DNA of 63,972 bases, filler included, from Ministeria vibrans ATCC 50519 (GCA_943704425.1; 9 parts of 9 records of this genome joined end to end with filler, not necessarily neighbours in it), one strand, 5' to 3'. Counted from the whole stretch's first letter, positions 36,591 to 49,321 are shown. The notes: a model not told the origin generated them from the sequence alone. Program-made: numbers and translations.

Positions 36591-36948
36591 CTTTTTGTAT
36601 TTATAAAGAAATGCTGCATGCCAGAGGATGCATGTTGTTTTTGACGTGCCTCTACGCCTCCAGCATTCGAAGCGTGTTGATACTTAGGGGACGGTTCCCC
36701 GGAAATAAGAGGTGCTCTACACTAACGAGCAAGGTGCGTTACACAGTACGAAAAATAAGGCCAGAGACTCACGGATGTCACGGCAGAGACGCTAGAGCAA
36801 CATAACTTACATAAGTACATATTGACTACCATTCGTCATTCGAGAACGCCAAGGATACATATAATACTTGAGATTAAAAATTTAAATTAATCGTCATTCT
36901 TATATATTTTATAATAATAATAATAATAAAATATAATAAATATTTTAC

Positions 36949-37569
36949 ATGATCGTTGTGTTTGACTTGGGGGGCGTGCTCGCCAGCAACAATGACTACT
37001 CTGCGTTCTTGGAGCGTGTTGACCCCGAACGACGCACGGCAGCGCTGGCTGCAATCGATGAGGAGTGGAATAGAGTGAAGGTTTCGCCAACAGCGACGCC
37101 TGAGAGCTTCTGGCGCGCCATCATGACGAGTGCGCAGGTTGACGGGGACTGGAACGTCTATAATGATGCTTTGTGCGACGGCTCAAGCGCATATCCCGAC
37201 ACAGTCGCTCTGGCACAACGTCTTGTCGCCGCTGGACACTCTGTCGGCATTTTGTCGAACCACGCAACGCACTGGTTTGCTCATCTGTACGCGAAACACA
37301 ATCTAGGGAGGGTGTTCGACGCATTCAGCAAGCAGGTTGTCGTCAGTGCGGCTGTTTGCGCTGCAAAGCCCCATGCGGAGTGCTTTGAGGCGTTTCTGGC
37401 GACGACGAACGGAGCAAGGGCGGCGCAGTGTGTGTTTATTGACGACAAGAAGCGCAATGTTGATGCGGCGTGTGCATTCGGCATGAAAGGCATACTGTTC
37501 AATGCGGAGAAGGATGCCATTGACGTGCTGGAAAGAGCACTGGCTGAAGCTGGCGTGGTGCTGGCGTGA
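36949..37569 (+). CDS. HAD-superfamily phosphatase (YihX / soluble epoxide hydrolase N-domain type), intronless
   Basis: Motif I VVFDLGGVL, motif II ILSN, motif III KP, motif IV FIDDKKRNV. Confidence 0.9.
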   Translation: MIVVFDLGGVLASNNDYSAFLERVDPERRTAALAAIDEEWNRVKVSPTATPESFWRAIMTSAQVDGDWNVYNDALCDGSSAYPDTVALAQRLVAAGHSVGILSNHATHWFAHLYAKHNLGRVFDAFSKQVVVSAAVCAAKPHAECFEAFLATTNGARAAQCVFIDDKKRNVDAACAFGMKGILFNAEKDAIDVLERALAEAGVVLA

Positions 37570-37839
37570 ACAGTACAATGCGTTTGTACATATTATAACA
37601 CGAACAACAGCAATTTTTAGTAACCCTAACCCTAAGAACACGCCCAACCGGTAACCACCATTTTTGCCCGTGGCCCCGTGTAAACTAAAAACTTCCGGTC
37701 CCAAAAGACCCAAATCTTCCCAGAATGCGCTGAAACCCACTTTAGCAAGGAGCCTTTAAAAGTGTTTATCCATTAATTCCATTAATCCATTATCAAACTA
37801 ATCAAAAATTCAAAAATCAAAGCAAAATAATTATAAGAA

Positions 37840-39584
37840 ATGAAGCTCCTTGTGTTGCTCACCGTTGCCGTGGCCTACGCCGCCGCTGCCGACCCGACTT
37901 GGCATGTAAAGTCTTTTTTTTTTTTTTTTTTGTCAAAATTTTCACACTGGCAAAATCGCTCGCTTCGATAGGTCCTGAAGGACGACCTCGCTACGATTCT
38001 CACCGGCATTGACTTCCCGTCGAACAACGATGGATTCCTGTCGGGCGGTAAGCGTCGTCGTCGACGGGGTGGGGGCGTTTTTTTTTTTTCGTAACGACGT
38101 TTGTTTTTTTTTTCAACTTCGCAGGTGCCAACGGTGCCGGCTCGCTGATCCTGCACACTGTGGATGGTGGAAAGAACTTTACCTCTGGTACGATGCAAGA
38201 GACCGATATTGCATTGCGTGCGTCTTTTTCTACCGTGTTTGCCTAAAGTTTGCCTCTCAAATATTGAGAGCTCTCAGGCTCTTGCTTGCCTACGTGATGG
38301 ATGCGCTTTTCTTCGTGGTCATCGTGTACGAACCCTAACCCCTGCCTTTTCTTTATTTATCTGCGACGCAGAGAGTCACGACACCGAGATGATGTATTTG
38401 GCTCTTGCTTGCGCCGGCCCGAAAAACTGCCTCGCGACTGGTACAGACAGAAGGAAGCACGAACCCAAGCGAACTCAGCCCATATTCTTAGGACTTGGTC
38501 TTGCTGAGCGCATCCCCGGCTCGTCGTACACCAAGGACGGCGACAATTGGCTTGCTAGCGATTCGCCCCATCTCGAGAGTGCTTTCCAGGATTGCTCTGC
38601 GTTGCATGACAAGAAGACATTTTTCCGTTACGGCGACTGGGCCACCCTTCACGGCTCGTTCTCGGGCGTCAGCATCTCGCACGACGGCGGCGTCAAATTC
38701 GACGACATGCCCTGGCCCACCAACTGGACGACCGTCCGGTAAGACGCTTCGAAAGGTTGAAGACATATACTAACCTCCTCTTTATCGTGTCTTTTCGTCT
38801 CTTGCGTGTGTAGTTACGGCAGTGCCATCTCCAATGACTTCATTGTTCTGGCGGGCGGAGAGTGGCCCGAGGACCCTACACCGCCAAAGGAGGACCTGAG
38901 TGCTCCCCGTCTCATCCGGAAGCTGTCCATGCACATCCACCTTGTTGAGGACCGTGTCACCAAGAAGCGCTCCATGGTCCGCGCCCCTCCCGCCAAGAAA
39001 GTCGAGTACGTATTCCACTGACTCTTTTTTGTTTTGTTGTATTCACATTTTGTCTTTCTTAGGGGCTCTGATTTCAAGACACTCATTATGAAGAGCATCA
39101 ACGGCGGTCAGACCTTTGAGACTCTCTACAACCACACAGTACAAACACAAGAGCTCCATTCTCCAATCTTATCTGTGTGTTTTTTGTGTGATTTCAGGGC
39201 AGCTACTACCCTAACGGAATCCAGTTTGTGACGGACAAGATTGGCTGGTTCGTGTGCGAGGGCGAAGACGAGAGTGGCGCTGCTGTGGCCTACGTCATGG
39301 GCACGACCAACGGAAAGGACTTCACCAAGCAGCTCACAGTGGCCAACGGCGGGCTCTTCGGCGTTGCCTTCCACAACGACAAGGAGGGCTGGGCTTACGG
39401 CGCCACCTTTGCCAAGTTCGGCTTCACCGCCAACTTCTACCACACCACCGACGGCGGCAGCACCTGGACGCTCGAGACGCTCAAAAACCACTACCCATAC
39501 GAGATCTCTCTCTCTCCCGGCGGAAACTCGTACGCCAGTGCCTTCATGGTCGACGGCAACAGCGGTGTCCTCATCTACGACTGA
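37840..39584 (+). CDS. Secreted BNR/Asp-box beta-propeller protein (Ycf48/VPS10-like), multi-exon
   Basis: Signal peptide MKLLVLLTVAVAYAAAA. Asp-box repeats TVDGGKNF, TKDGDNW, SHDGGVKF, SINGGQTF, TTNGKDF, TTDGGSTW. Confidence 0.8.
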
Positions 39585-40359
39585 TTGCTTACAACCAGAG
39601 TAGCAAGAATGAATAAAAACTCCATAAAAACCTAGCCCCAGGAAAAGAAATAGAGGAAGCGATTATTCCATGTCACAGTATGGTAAAACACAGAAAGGAA
39701 GAACGGAACACTTAGCAACGCAATTCTTCCGCCATAAATAGCCGGCGAGAAGATCTCGGGAGATGTTCATAGACCCACTCCCAATAATACCCTCGCGACA
39801 AAAGTGTACGGAGGCAGAACCCAGTACCGAGCGAGGATCAGGACCAGCCTGGGTTTGCGGTGGTTCCGTGCGTCTCAGTCACCGCCACCAGGCGAACCGT
39901 TGGCCACGGTTCCAGGCTACGGTGTCTAACGTGTACTCGTGTAGGCATGCTGAGCCAACCGATCAAATGAAGATCAAATCGGACTTTGGCTTCCGCATCT
40001 ATATAGTGTATTTGAACGAGAGGGAGATTACGGAGTACAACCACAGCCACCGCAATGATAACGTAAGCCTTGGGCCCAATGCCGCCCATCGCCGCATTCT
40101 GGAGCAGGGCGAAGGTAGTAGAGAGTGCAGGCAAGAAAAAGAATAATACAAGAGAAAAGAGTGTTTATATAAAGGCTGGAGTGCGGATTTGCCAATCAAT
40201 CTTGCGCCACACACGAAACATAGCATCGAGGACCGAGCTCTTGTCGCACAGGTCAACGATTGTCTTGGTCGCATGCTCGACGCCAATGGAGTGGATGGAT
40301 CGCCAGGGTGTGCGCAGATCGCAGTAGCGCTTGTGTCTGTGCCGAGTGCGGTGGTCTAT

Positions 40360-40688
40360 CTCGAGTGCGGTAGCTCCATCGCCACATGCAGCAGCACAAA
40401 GAACTCGATCTCTCCGCCACCGCGTCGTACAACCACTGTCTCGTGAGGGTGCGAGTCCGTGCGACTGGGTCTGCGTGAGCATGCGGTTGGTGAGCGTCGC
40501 TCGACGACACCGGTGCTCGCCGTACCGCGTAACCCTTATCGGCCGCCAGTACCTGCTGCTTGCTATCGACCGCCGTGAAGATGTCGGCAAGGCGGTTCGC
40601 GAGCCAGTGCAGGTTGAGGATCACCATCGGCTGCAATCCTTTTGCTTTTGCCTGCCGCGTGTAAAGCAGCAGCAAGCCCCAGTCATTG
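40360..40688 (-). pseudogene. Possible degenerate COR-domain (Roco) fragment
   Basis: DWGLLLLY..LQPMVILNLHWLANRLADIF resembles the COR LHxxGxxxxF..VxLxPxWL signature. No start codon context, and the frame breaks downstream. Confidence 0.35.
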
Positions 40689-40863
40689 AACAACATGGCT
40701 GCTGTGTTCAAATCGCAAGGAGACTACACTCGTGCTCTTGAGTACTACGAGCGTTCTCTGACCATCTACGAGAAGTCTCTTGGTGCCGACCACCCATCCA
40801 CAGGCCGCACGTTGAACAACATGGCCGTGGTGTTCCAGAACCAAGAAGACCTCACTCGTGCCC
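40686..40863 (+). pseudogene. Isolated TPR fragment (kinesin-light-chain / NPHP3-type 42-aa repeat)
   Basis: LNNMAAVFKSQGDYTRALEYYERSLTIYEKSLGADHPSTGRTLNNMAVVFQNQ. About 1.4 repeats, no upstream exon evident, followed by (GA)n and a gap. Confidence 0.75.
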
Positions 40864-41537
40864 AGTTTACGCTCTTTACCATGGTGAGAGAGAGAGAAAG
40901 AGAGGGAGAGAGAGAGAGAGAGAGAGACNNNNNNNNNNNNNNNNNNNNNNNNNNNNNNNNNNNNNNNNNNNNNNNNNNNNNNNNNNNNNNNNNNNNNNNN
41001 NNNNNNNNNNNNNNNNNNNNNNNNNNNNNNNNNNNNNNNNNNNNNNNNNNNNNNNNNNNNNNNNNNNNNNNNNNNNNNNNNNNNNNNNNNNNNNNNNNNN
41101 NNNNNNNNNNNNNNNNNNNNNNNNNNNNNNNNNNNNNNNNNNNNNNNNNNNNNNNNNNNNNNNNNNNNNNNNNNNNNNNNNNNNNNNNNNNNNNNNNNNN
41201 NNNNNNNNNNNNNNNNNNNNNNNNNNNNNNNNNNNNNNNNNNNNNNNNNNNNNNNNNNNNNNNNNNNNNNNNNNNNNNNNNNNNNNNNNNNNNNNNNNNN
41301 NNNNNNNNNNNNNNNNNNNNNNNNNNNNNNNNNNNNNNNNNNNNNNNNNNNNNNNNNNNNNNNNNNNNNNNNNNNNNNNNNNNNNNNNNNNNNNNNNNNN
41401 NNNNNNNNNNNNNNNNNNNNNNNNNNNNNNNNNNNNNNNNNNNNNNNNNNNNNNNNNNNNNNNNNNNNNNNNNNNNNNNNNNNNNNNNGGGGGGGGGGTT
41501 ATTTATTTTTGAAGGGTCTTCAGTGGAGAATCAATAT

Positions 41538-41975
41538 ATTACTGTCGCAACCCTCCGTCGTTTCTTGTTGTTGAGCTTCTGTTCATGATAAACATGTGAG
41601 AAACAAACTCAAGGTCCGACTTGTCACCAACATAGAGAGGGCAAATATGGGCATAGCCCCTGTCGGTCGCCTGCGGCGTCAAACCAGTGGTCGCTGGGAC
41701 AACAAGTTTGATGTGGTTGCCATTTAAAAGAACACCGCGAAAGACAAGGCGGTTCTTCTAAGTTTCGCGCCGATCAAGAGTCAGCTCCATGTTCACTGAG
41801 TCGGACTTCCAGCGCGGGGGTTTGTCCGCCATGTCAAGCGTGAATTGGTACTTGTTCCCTGAATCAAACACAGGTACGCGACTGTTTCGAAACGTCTCCT
41901 AAGAGGGTTCCAAGTCCTCTGGGAATGCCAACTCAGCCATGGGATGATGAGAGAGTCGGAATAGTTGCTCGCTCC
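41538..41975 (-). pseudogene. Possible pseudo-exon with two in-frame TAG stops
   Basis: After a ccgcag acceptor, one frame reads about 145 codons (SEQLFRLSHHPMAELAFPEDLEPS*ETF..RRET*KNRLVFRG..) with only two internal stops. Family not recognised. Confidence 0.3.
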
Positions 41976-42831
41976 TGCGGGAGGAAGTACAGCATTAGAT
42001 TACCATAAAAAACTATTGCAGATGAGAACACATAAACCATGTAGCATGATTACAACAACTCAAACTGGAAATGAATTCGAGATGTGAAGGGAAACCCCAA
42101 CTGATTTCGCAACAGACACAAGAGCAAACATTAGCCCACCTCTCACTTCTCAGAATGACAGTTATGACACCTCCTAAGTCCTTATGATCAAAGAAGGAGA
42201 GCAGAACAGAATTGAAAAGAGTTGAAACACAAAAACGTCACGGGCAGGATGCCTCGAAATAAGCGATAACGCGTTGACAGAAAAAGCGCACGGTCGAACG
42301 GGACCGTAGCTATTGGAGCATGAGGTACTAACGCCCATACACCCTCCCGCCGGCAGAGAGCGCGAAAGGATTGTGCGAACTTTGCTCAACCCGATGTCGC
42401 GACAAAAGAAAAGCCTTTTTCTGCTGTTATCTGCGAAAACGCCACGAAAACATGTTTTTCATGCAGACACGGCGCGAAATGTGTCCGGTTCAGTGTAAAT
42501 ACCTCGTTTCTACTTTGGGGCGCTCGGTGGGAAATTGAAAATATTGTGAAGTTTTAGTCAGAATAAGGCCGTGCGCTAAATACGCTAATCGATTTTGGAT
42601 GATGACTTTTCTCTAAGTGCTATGTATCAGTAGGGTTGGGTGCCTAGTGTACGTGGGCGCGAGGGTTTGTGTTTCCGGTGCATACTTATTTTTGTAGTGA
42701 GTGAAGATCGCACCAAAACCTAAAGTCAATTTTCTCACTTTAGGGGGTCAAAGTGAACATTCGTTAAGAATGCAATGGACGGTATGGGTTTACTGTTTAG
42801 TGAATGGTGCATGGGGGTGAGTGAGTAAGTG

Positions 42832-42885
42832 AGGGTTAGGGTTAGGGTTAGGGTTAGGGTTAGGGTTAGGGTTAGGGTTAGGGTT
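42832..42885 (+). repeat. Telomeric repeat array AGGG(TTAGGG)8TT
   Basis: Direct reading: eight perfect TTAGGG units. Confidence 0.95.
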
Positions 42886-43547
42886 CAGTTTTATTCATTT
42901 CTTCCTTCCCCAGCAAACTCCTGTGCGTACTGCCGGGCGTTCGTTGATCAATCTGATCGACTTTTTCAAATTTGAAAAAGCAAAAAGAGGAAAAACATTT
43001 CGCGACTAAAGTCTCTCTTCTTCCCGGCCCCGGCGGGCTGGATGCCTCCCGGGAAGGCAGCTCTAACTGCGCTGGTGAAGGAGGGCCTCGGCTCTGCGGC
43101 GGGTGACGTGATATCTGTGGGAACGAGGGTCGACGTGCAGCGGTCACCCGAGAGCCCCATTGCGCCGGTTCCGGTCCGCGTGCTGGCCGACGCGCGCCCC
43201 GGAGTGGTAGTCACGGTGCGTTCGGACCGTGTGGACGCGGTGATGAACCATATCGGCCGCTGGGGGTTGACCATCGGACGATCGATTTTCAAATATGCGG
43301 ACCTCTCGATGCTGTTTGAAATCTTTCATTCCGAATCCCTGAAACGCGTTGAGGTGACCGCCGCGATCAAGGCCCAGCTGCAGGCCTTGGACGTGTGCCA
43401 CTCGACCCGTGAGCCGTCGTACGCTGAGGCACTGAGGGGCGCCGGACAGCGGCATTTTGTCTCAGTAAAGTGGAACGGCGACCAGCGCGCGCTCCACTTT
43501 CTGCCCCAGAGCGCCAACGAGCTACGTCACCACTCAGGCAACGTTCA
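42886..43547 (+). mobile_element. Candidate telomere-targeted non-LTR retrotransposon: 5' UTR plus start of ORF1 (43042 onward, cut by the linker)
   Basis: Begins right after (TTAGGG)8TT with an initiator-like TCAGTT junction, then a 156-nt leader and an intronless GC-rich ORF with a PSYAEAL motif. No RT domain visible. Confidence 0.5.
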
Positions 43548-43648
43548 NNNNNNNNNNNNNNNNNNNNNNNNNNNNNNNNNNNNNNNNNNNNTTAATTAAT
43601 TAANNNNNNNNNNNNNNNNNNNNNNNNNNNNNNNNNNNNNNNNNNNNC

Positions 43649-43976
<328 letters not shown>

Positions 43977-44239
43977 AATGGGTGCGGTGGTTTTTTTGAC
44001 AGAGATGGGTAAGTGATAGAAGTGACTAATATTTTTCGATTGACGACGATCAAATATCAATTCGATATTCTATCGCTTTTCGTTTGCGATTTCTTCTTTT
44101 TAATTCAATATTCATTTCGATTGATCGACGACGTTTTTTGGGACGCTCAGGAATCCTATAGTCTGTAGATCTTAATGTGGTGATGGAAAAAAATCTCCAA
44201 AATATCTGTTATTATTTTGTACACGAGAGATAATGAAAG

Positions 44240-45249
44240 TTAGACAAGCAGTTGCGACCGACGATCCTCCTCGACAGCCAAATCAAGCATGCGACGAGCA
44301 CGACGAATGACAAAGAAGATGAGCACAACACTGAGGAGGATCTGAAAGACAAGCATGATGGAGCCGGAGGAAAGAGAGCCGGAGTCGGCCGACGAAGAGG
44401 TCGAGAAGATATCCTCCATGCTCTTGAGGGTCGAGCCCAAATAGACATTGAGCGACTGGGTCGGAGCAAGACCCAGCACGGTAGCCAGATAGAAGACGGA
44501 GGGGCGTACTTTGGTGACGGAGAAGAGACCGTTTTGAAGGCCAAAGGGGACGGGAGTGAGTCGCGTGAGAGCAATGATGCGCAGGGCGTCACGGCCGTCA
44601 ACAACGCGCACGAGTGCACGCAAATGAGACGATTTGTCGATTTCGCGCTGCATGGGACGCCGGCAGAGAGCGCGGCAAATAAAGAAGGAGGCGAGCGAAC
44701 CGAGCGAGGCACCGACGGCCGACGTGAGCATACCCATCCAGAAGCCATAGAGGTAGCCCGACGAGATGACCAGAAGGATGTAGCCCCAGGCAAGGGGAAG
44801 AGACACAATGCAGAAGAAGACGGTGTAGATAAAGGCGCTGGACGGAGCCGGCAGAGAACCCATCCAGAGCAACAGATTCTTGACGTGACCACGCAGACCA
44901 TACGCAATAAAGCCAATGCCGACAAAGACGGCAAGGACCACGAGCGAGCCGACAGTAAGACAGCGGCTGGGGCCAGACGAGGCGCCGGCCGCCGACGACG
45001 ACGACAGCGGGCGACTGCTCGTGCGCTGCTTCCGTCGGTGTTGTTGCTGGTGGTACGGATGAGCGCCCCCTGCCGCCCCAAACGACCCGTTCACACGCGG
45101 CTCGCTCACCACCTGCTCGCCAATTGTCGGCAACAGGTGCTCGGCAGCGCGCCCCAGCGTCTCCGCGTCGCGCAGCTCTGCCGATCGCACATTCAGCGTC
45201 CGCCCATCCCCATCCCCATCCCCACCCCCACCCCGCTCCTCCTCCTCCT
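44240..45249 (-). CDS. TMEM64: TVP38/TMEM64 (VTT / SNARE-associated) membrane protein; start hidden in the gap
   Basis: VSLPLAWGYILLVISSGYLYGFWMG, IIALTRLTPVPFGLQNGLFS, LAPTQSLNVYLGSTLKSMED. Confidence 0.9.
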
Positions 45250-45258
45250 NNNNNNNNN

Positions 45259-45810
45259 AGCGCGTCGAAGCACAGTCGCCAGCAACTGTCTTAGAAATCG
45301 CGAGTAACGGGTAAACTCGCCATCGATCAAGGTCGCCTGCTGCTCCGCATCCGCCTCGGACAGTGTCCCTTCAACCGCATAGCGCTGCCACAACACTGCA
45401 AGACGCACCGAAACACACATTACCTTGAGCAGTGCCTCTCGAATCATCACCAGCTACACAACGAACATTACATCAGAAAATTCAAAAGCATCCTTTCCTT
45501 CAGTCGTCCTGCATTGACCTTTTCGTGTAGCAAACAACGGTCAATCGTCGTGTGTAGAAAGCGCTCGTGTGTTTCCATCAGATCATCAATGTCAACACAC
45601 GAGAGAACATTCACTCGAACTGACATAATCTACACACAACAATTTCATTTTTCCGACGAAAGAAGAAGAAGAAGAAGAAGAATAATAATAATAATAATAA
45701 CAATAATAATATAATAAAATAATAAAATAATAATAAAATAATAATAAAAATAATAATAAAATAATAATAAAAATAATAATAAAATAATAATAATAATAAT
45801 AATAAAAATA

Positions 45811-45863
<53 letters not shown>

Positions 45864-48820
45864 GTACTAATAGTATCAGTATTATTATTATTATTGTTAT
45901 TAAATTGATGTTATTATTATTCTCAGTCGTGTTGCGTCGTACTTGGGTGAACACGTAGAGAGCAACGTTGTTGACAAAGTGAGAGAGCTTGGCGCGCAAG
46001 AGGAGAAAGGCATGGACCGTGTGGCGCGCATGCGCATGGAGTTGATGCTGCCGGGCAGGACGCAGCTCGTCGAGCGACCACTTGGCGTACTTGATGGCCA
46101 GCAAGAAGCGAAAGATGCGCGCGTACAGGGCCAGCGATGAGGGCGGCACAAGCGTGTCTAGAGGCCATGGGAGCGAGTAGACGGGCTCGAGACCAGAGTA
46201 CTCCTCAATGAGGGTGTCAAGCGGTTGACGTGTGCCACTCAGTGTTACTGCGACGTGCTCGGCTGCCAGTTCAGCGTGATTCTCCCGCAACAACTCTTGA
46301 AGCTGTGAGCTCAGCGTGTACTCGCTCTGCTGACGCAAAGCACCGTTGCAAAACACACCCGTCGCAAACATGTGCATCACATGACCGGATTCCATTAGAA
46401 ACACCGCACGCAGAGAGTCCAGGTGCTCTTGCAAACGTCCAAGCGACGAGTCACCGCACAGCCAGCGCAACACTCGCCCATTCACCCGACTTGCATGTTC
46501 CCGCACACTCGCTTCAATGCTCGCCAATGCCGCTCCTACCCGTCCAGAACCCGCCAGTGCACTCGCATCACCATCATCATCATCATTGTCATCATTATCA
46601 TTGTCATCATCATTATCATTGTCATCATCATCATCATTGTCACCATCATCTCCTTCGTCGCGCGTTGTGATACCCTCTTCAAGTTCTACCAATGCTACGC
46701 CCCTTGACAATCGAGTCAGACTCGTTTGAGCATCAAACACGGGGGTAGCATGATCATGATTATCACTACTGCAAGGCAACACACGCGCGGGTGCCCACGT
46801 CTCCACCAAGTCACACTGCTGCACCAGAGCCATTCGCTGCACAAACACCTCGAGCAATGCGGTACACCGTGCACGCACATCCTCTACCATCACCTGTGTC
46901 TCTCCCTCTCCATCCCCACCCCGACTCCCGACCAGCTCGTTCAGCAGCACCATTGACTTGCCTGTGGCCAGAAGAGCCGCACTAAGGGTACCGGAAAGAA
47001 ACAGGGGCACATGAGGCGCACTTGGATGGGGTTCAAGGCTCGTCTGGTTCTCGCGCGTTTGTGCGGGTGGATCAAACACGGCCGAGCGCAAGCGATACGA
47101 CTGTGCCCAAAAGGCTGCAGATTGCGGGGGAGTACTCGTGTCGTGCGCAATGCAAAACTCGCCGTGGACGTCGCTCGCAAGCGACGAGTTGTACAGCCAG
47201 TCACCAAGTAAATGTAGATAGGCCGAGGTAGTGCACGCAAACAGAGAGTGCAGCAACTCGGTGAGCGTGTGCGGTGCGCCCGACGTCGACAAGTGCGCGG
47301 TGGTCGACGTAAGCACGTCCAAAATGTGCGTGGTCTGTTGACAGGCACTACGATGGGCCGCGTCACTCTCAATCGTCGCCACGAGACGGTCGAGTGTGTG
47401 CACAGTGCGCAAGTCGTCGCGAAGACAATGTTGCAGGGCAAAAAGTGACATAAACGACTGACACTGGAGCGCATTCAGACGCCCGTCAAACGCCGCCAAC
47501 CACGCATAGAGACCTGTGGCAAACGCCGCCGAACACTGTGCCACCACGGCAGGTGGGGGTGCCGTACAGCAAGTCGCGTACGCACGCACACGATAGACCT
47601 GTGTGCCAAACGTTGCAAACTGTTGCAGCAAATGCCGCAGGGCGCCGCCCGAGACGCTGCGACCATCGTTGAGACGGACACCCTTGCGCACTTGCATTGT
47701 CACCGTTGGTAATGTTGATGCTGATGTTGTTGTAGTAGTTGATGAATTATCCGTGTAGAGAAAGGTTTCCTGGCCCTGCAACATCCAGAGGGTCTCACGC
47801 GTCACATCCTCAACGGAGAGCGAAACAGATTTGGGCGACGTGTGAAACGGCACACGGTCAAGCCCTTCGTTGGCAAGCGCCTCTGGAAGACCCGCCAAGC
47901 CTCCGAGCGCGCCTACGGGTCGTGAATCCCGTTGAATGAAATTGGAGACGGTCTCACAAGTCGAAGTGGGTGCCACGGGCGGCGCAAGCCAGTAACACGC
48001 AGTCTCACGCTCCACTTGAGCAGACACTTTCGATGCAGATGTTGAGGGTGTTCTCGCAGAATCCTCTGGCCCAAGTTGACGGGACACGTCAACTGCACTG
48101 TGGTTGTAGTTGCTGATGTCGGCGTCATTGTGCGCATTCCGATTGCTGCTGTCGCTGTCGCTGTCGTCGATGTCGCTCGCACTGTCGCACTCTTCGAGCC
48201 ACTCCTGCATCTCTTGTCGCATAGCATCATCAATGAGATCCAATGGTTCACAAGAACCATCAATGGCGGGCGCTACAAAGGTCGTCGGATCAAAGGGAAG
48301 ACGCGATTCGACGACGCTCGTTGGCGAGTTGGACAGGTGCAGCAGGAGATCGACAAAGCGATAGCACTCGTCGTCGGGCGTCTCCAGCTGCCGCCGTCGA
48401 CACTCTACACGCACAAACGCATCTACAAGCGACTGTAACAGCGCTGCTCGATCTGCCAAGCCGTGCACTGTCAATTTGACCTTCAGTCTGAAAAATGGTA
48501 AGAAATTATTACAAAAAAAGGCGCGCAGAGTTCAAACAGGAAAACACACACACACACTCACACACGCTACTCGTCACACACCATACCCTTCGCATCTGCG
48601 CGTCACCAGAAGTTTGTTGGGATCCAAGTAGCTGTGGTGCTTGAAGTTACTCAGCGCATACTCCAACGCAATGCGATGATTTCGAGCGTCGGTCGTCGCC
48701 TGAAGAACAAATGGAGAGTCACACACAACTAACGAACGAACGAACTTTCAAATTGAATGCTCCTTCTCGTACTTCAATGCCACCAACACTTGCGACCAGC
48801 CGCGACACAAGGCCGTTCAT
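45259..48820 (-). CDS. TUBGCP5: Gamma-tubulin complex component 5; C-terminus hidden in the gap
   Basis: ALEYALSNFKHHSYLD, LLLHLSNSP, RETLWML, HLDSLRAVFLMESGHVM, YSLPWPLDTLV..YARIFRFLLAIKYAKWSL. Confidence 0.9.
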
Positions 48821-49091
48821 CGCAGCAATCGGAATATTTTTGACAAAAGTCAAACACAAGTCAAAACTCAAAACTCAAAAAAGTTTCAATCAATCATTGC
48901 ATTCTTCTCATGGGTGTATGATGTATCAGTGCCCAGTGGGTGTATGGGCTCCTTTTGAAACATTCTCGTTTAGAACTCTACGTTGTGTATTGTCTTGTTT
49001 GTTTTGACATTGAACTCTGATTGAACTTTGAAGTTTGTGAAGTCAGTCATCGTTACATTATTTCTATCTCCCGGCCTGCTCGCTGTCTGCT

Positions 49092-49321
49092 ATGGACTAT
49101 CTTGGAAGGGTGGGTTGATGCCAAAGGGTGGCATGCAGTCATTCACCATCTTCGTGTAGGTCATCCACAATGTCAGAGAGTTCTACAAGGAACTCAACCC
49201 GGCAACTCTGTCGGGCGCGATTGATGTCATTGTGGTCGAGCAGCCCGATGGATCGTTCAAGTCAACACCCTTTCACGTGCGCTTTGGCAAGTTTGGCGTC
49301 CTCCGAAGTCGCGAAAAATTC
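49092..49321 (+). CDS. LPIN: Lipin/Pah1 phosphatidate phosphatase: only the first two exons (part of the N-LIP domain)
   Basis: MDYLGR|[53 protein letters not shown]. No further lipin exons found in the contig. Confidence 0.85.

Noticed and set aside
37622-37635. Short CCCTAA repeats (also near 35916 and 38331)
   Set aside because: Two units or fewer; insufficient to call telomeric or regulatory.
45193-45300. Apparent GCP5-TMEM64 fusion or overlap
   Set aside because: A nominal 9-N gap separates them, the frames do not match, and both termini are probably hidden in the gap.
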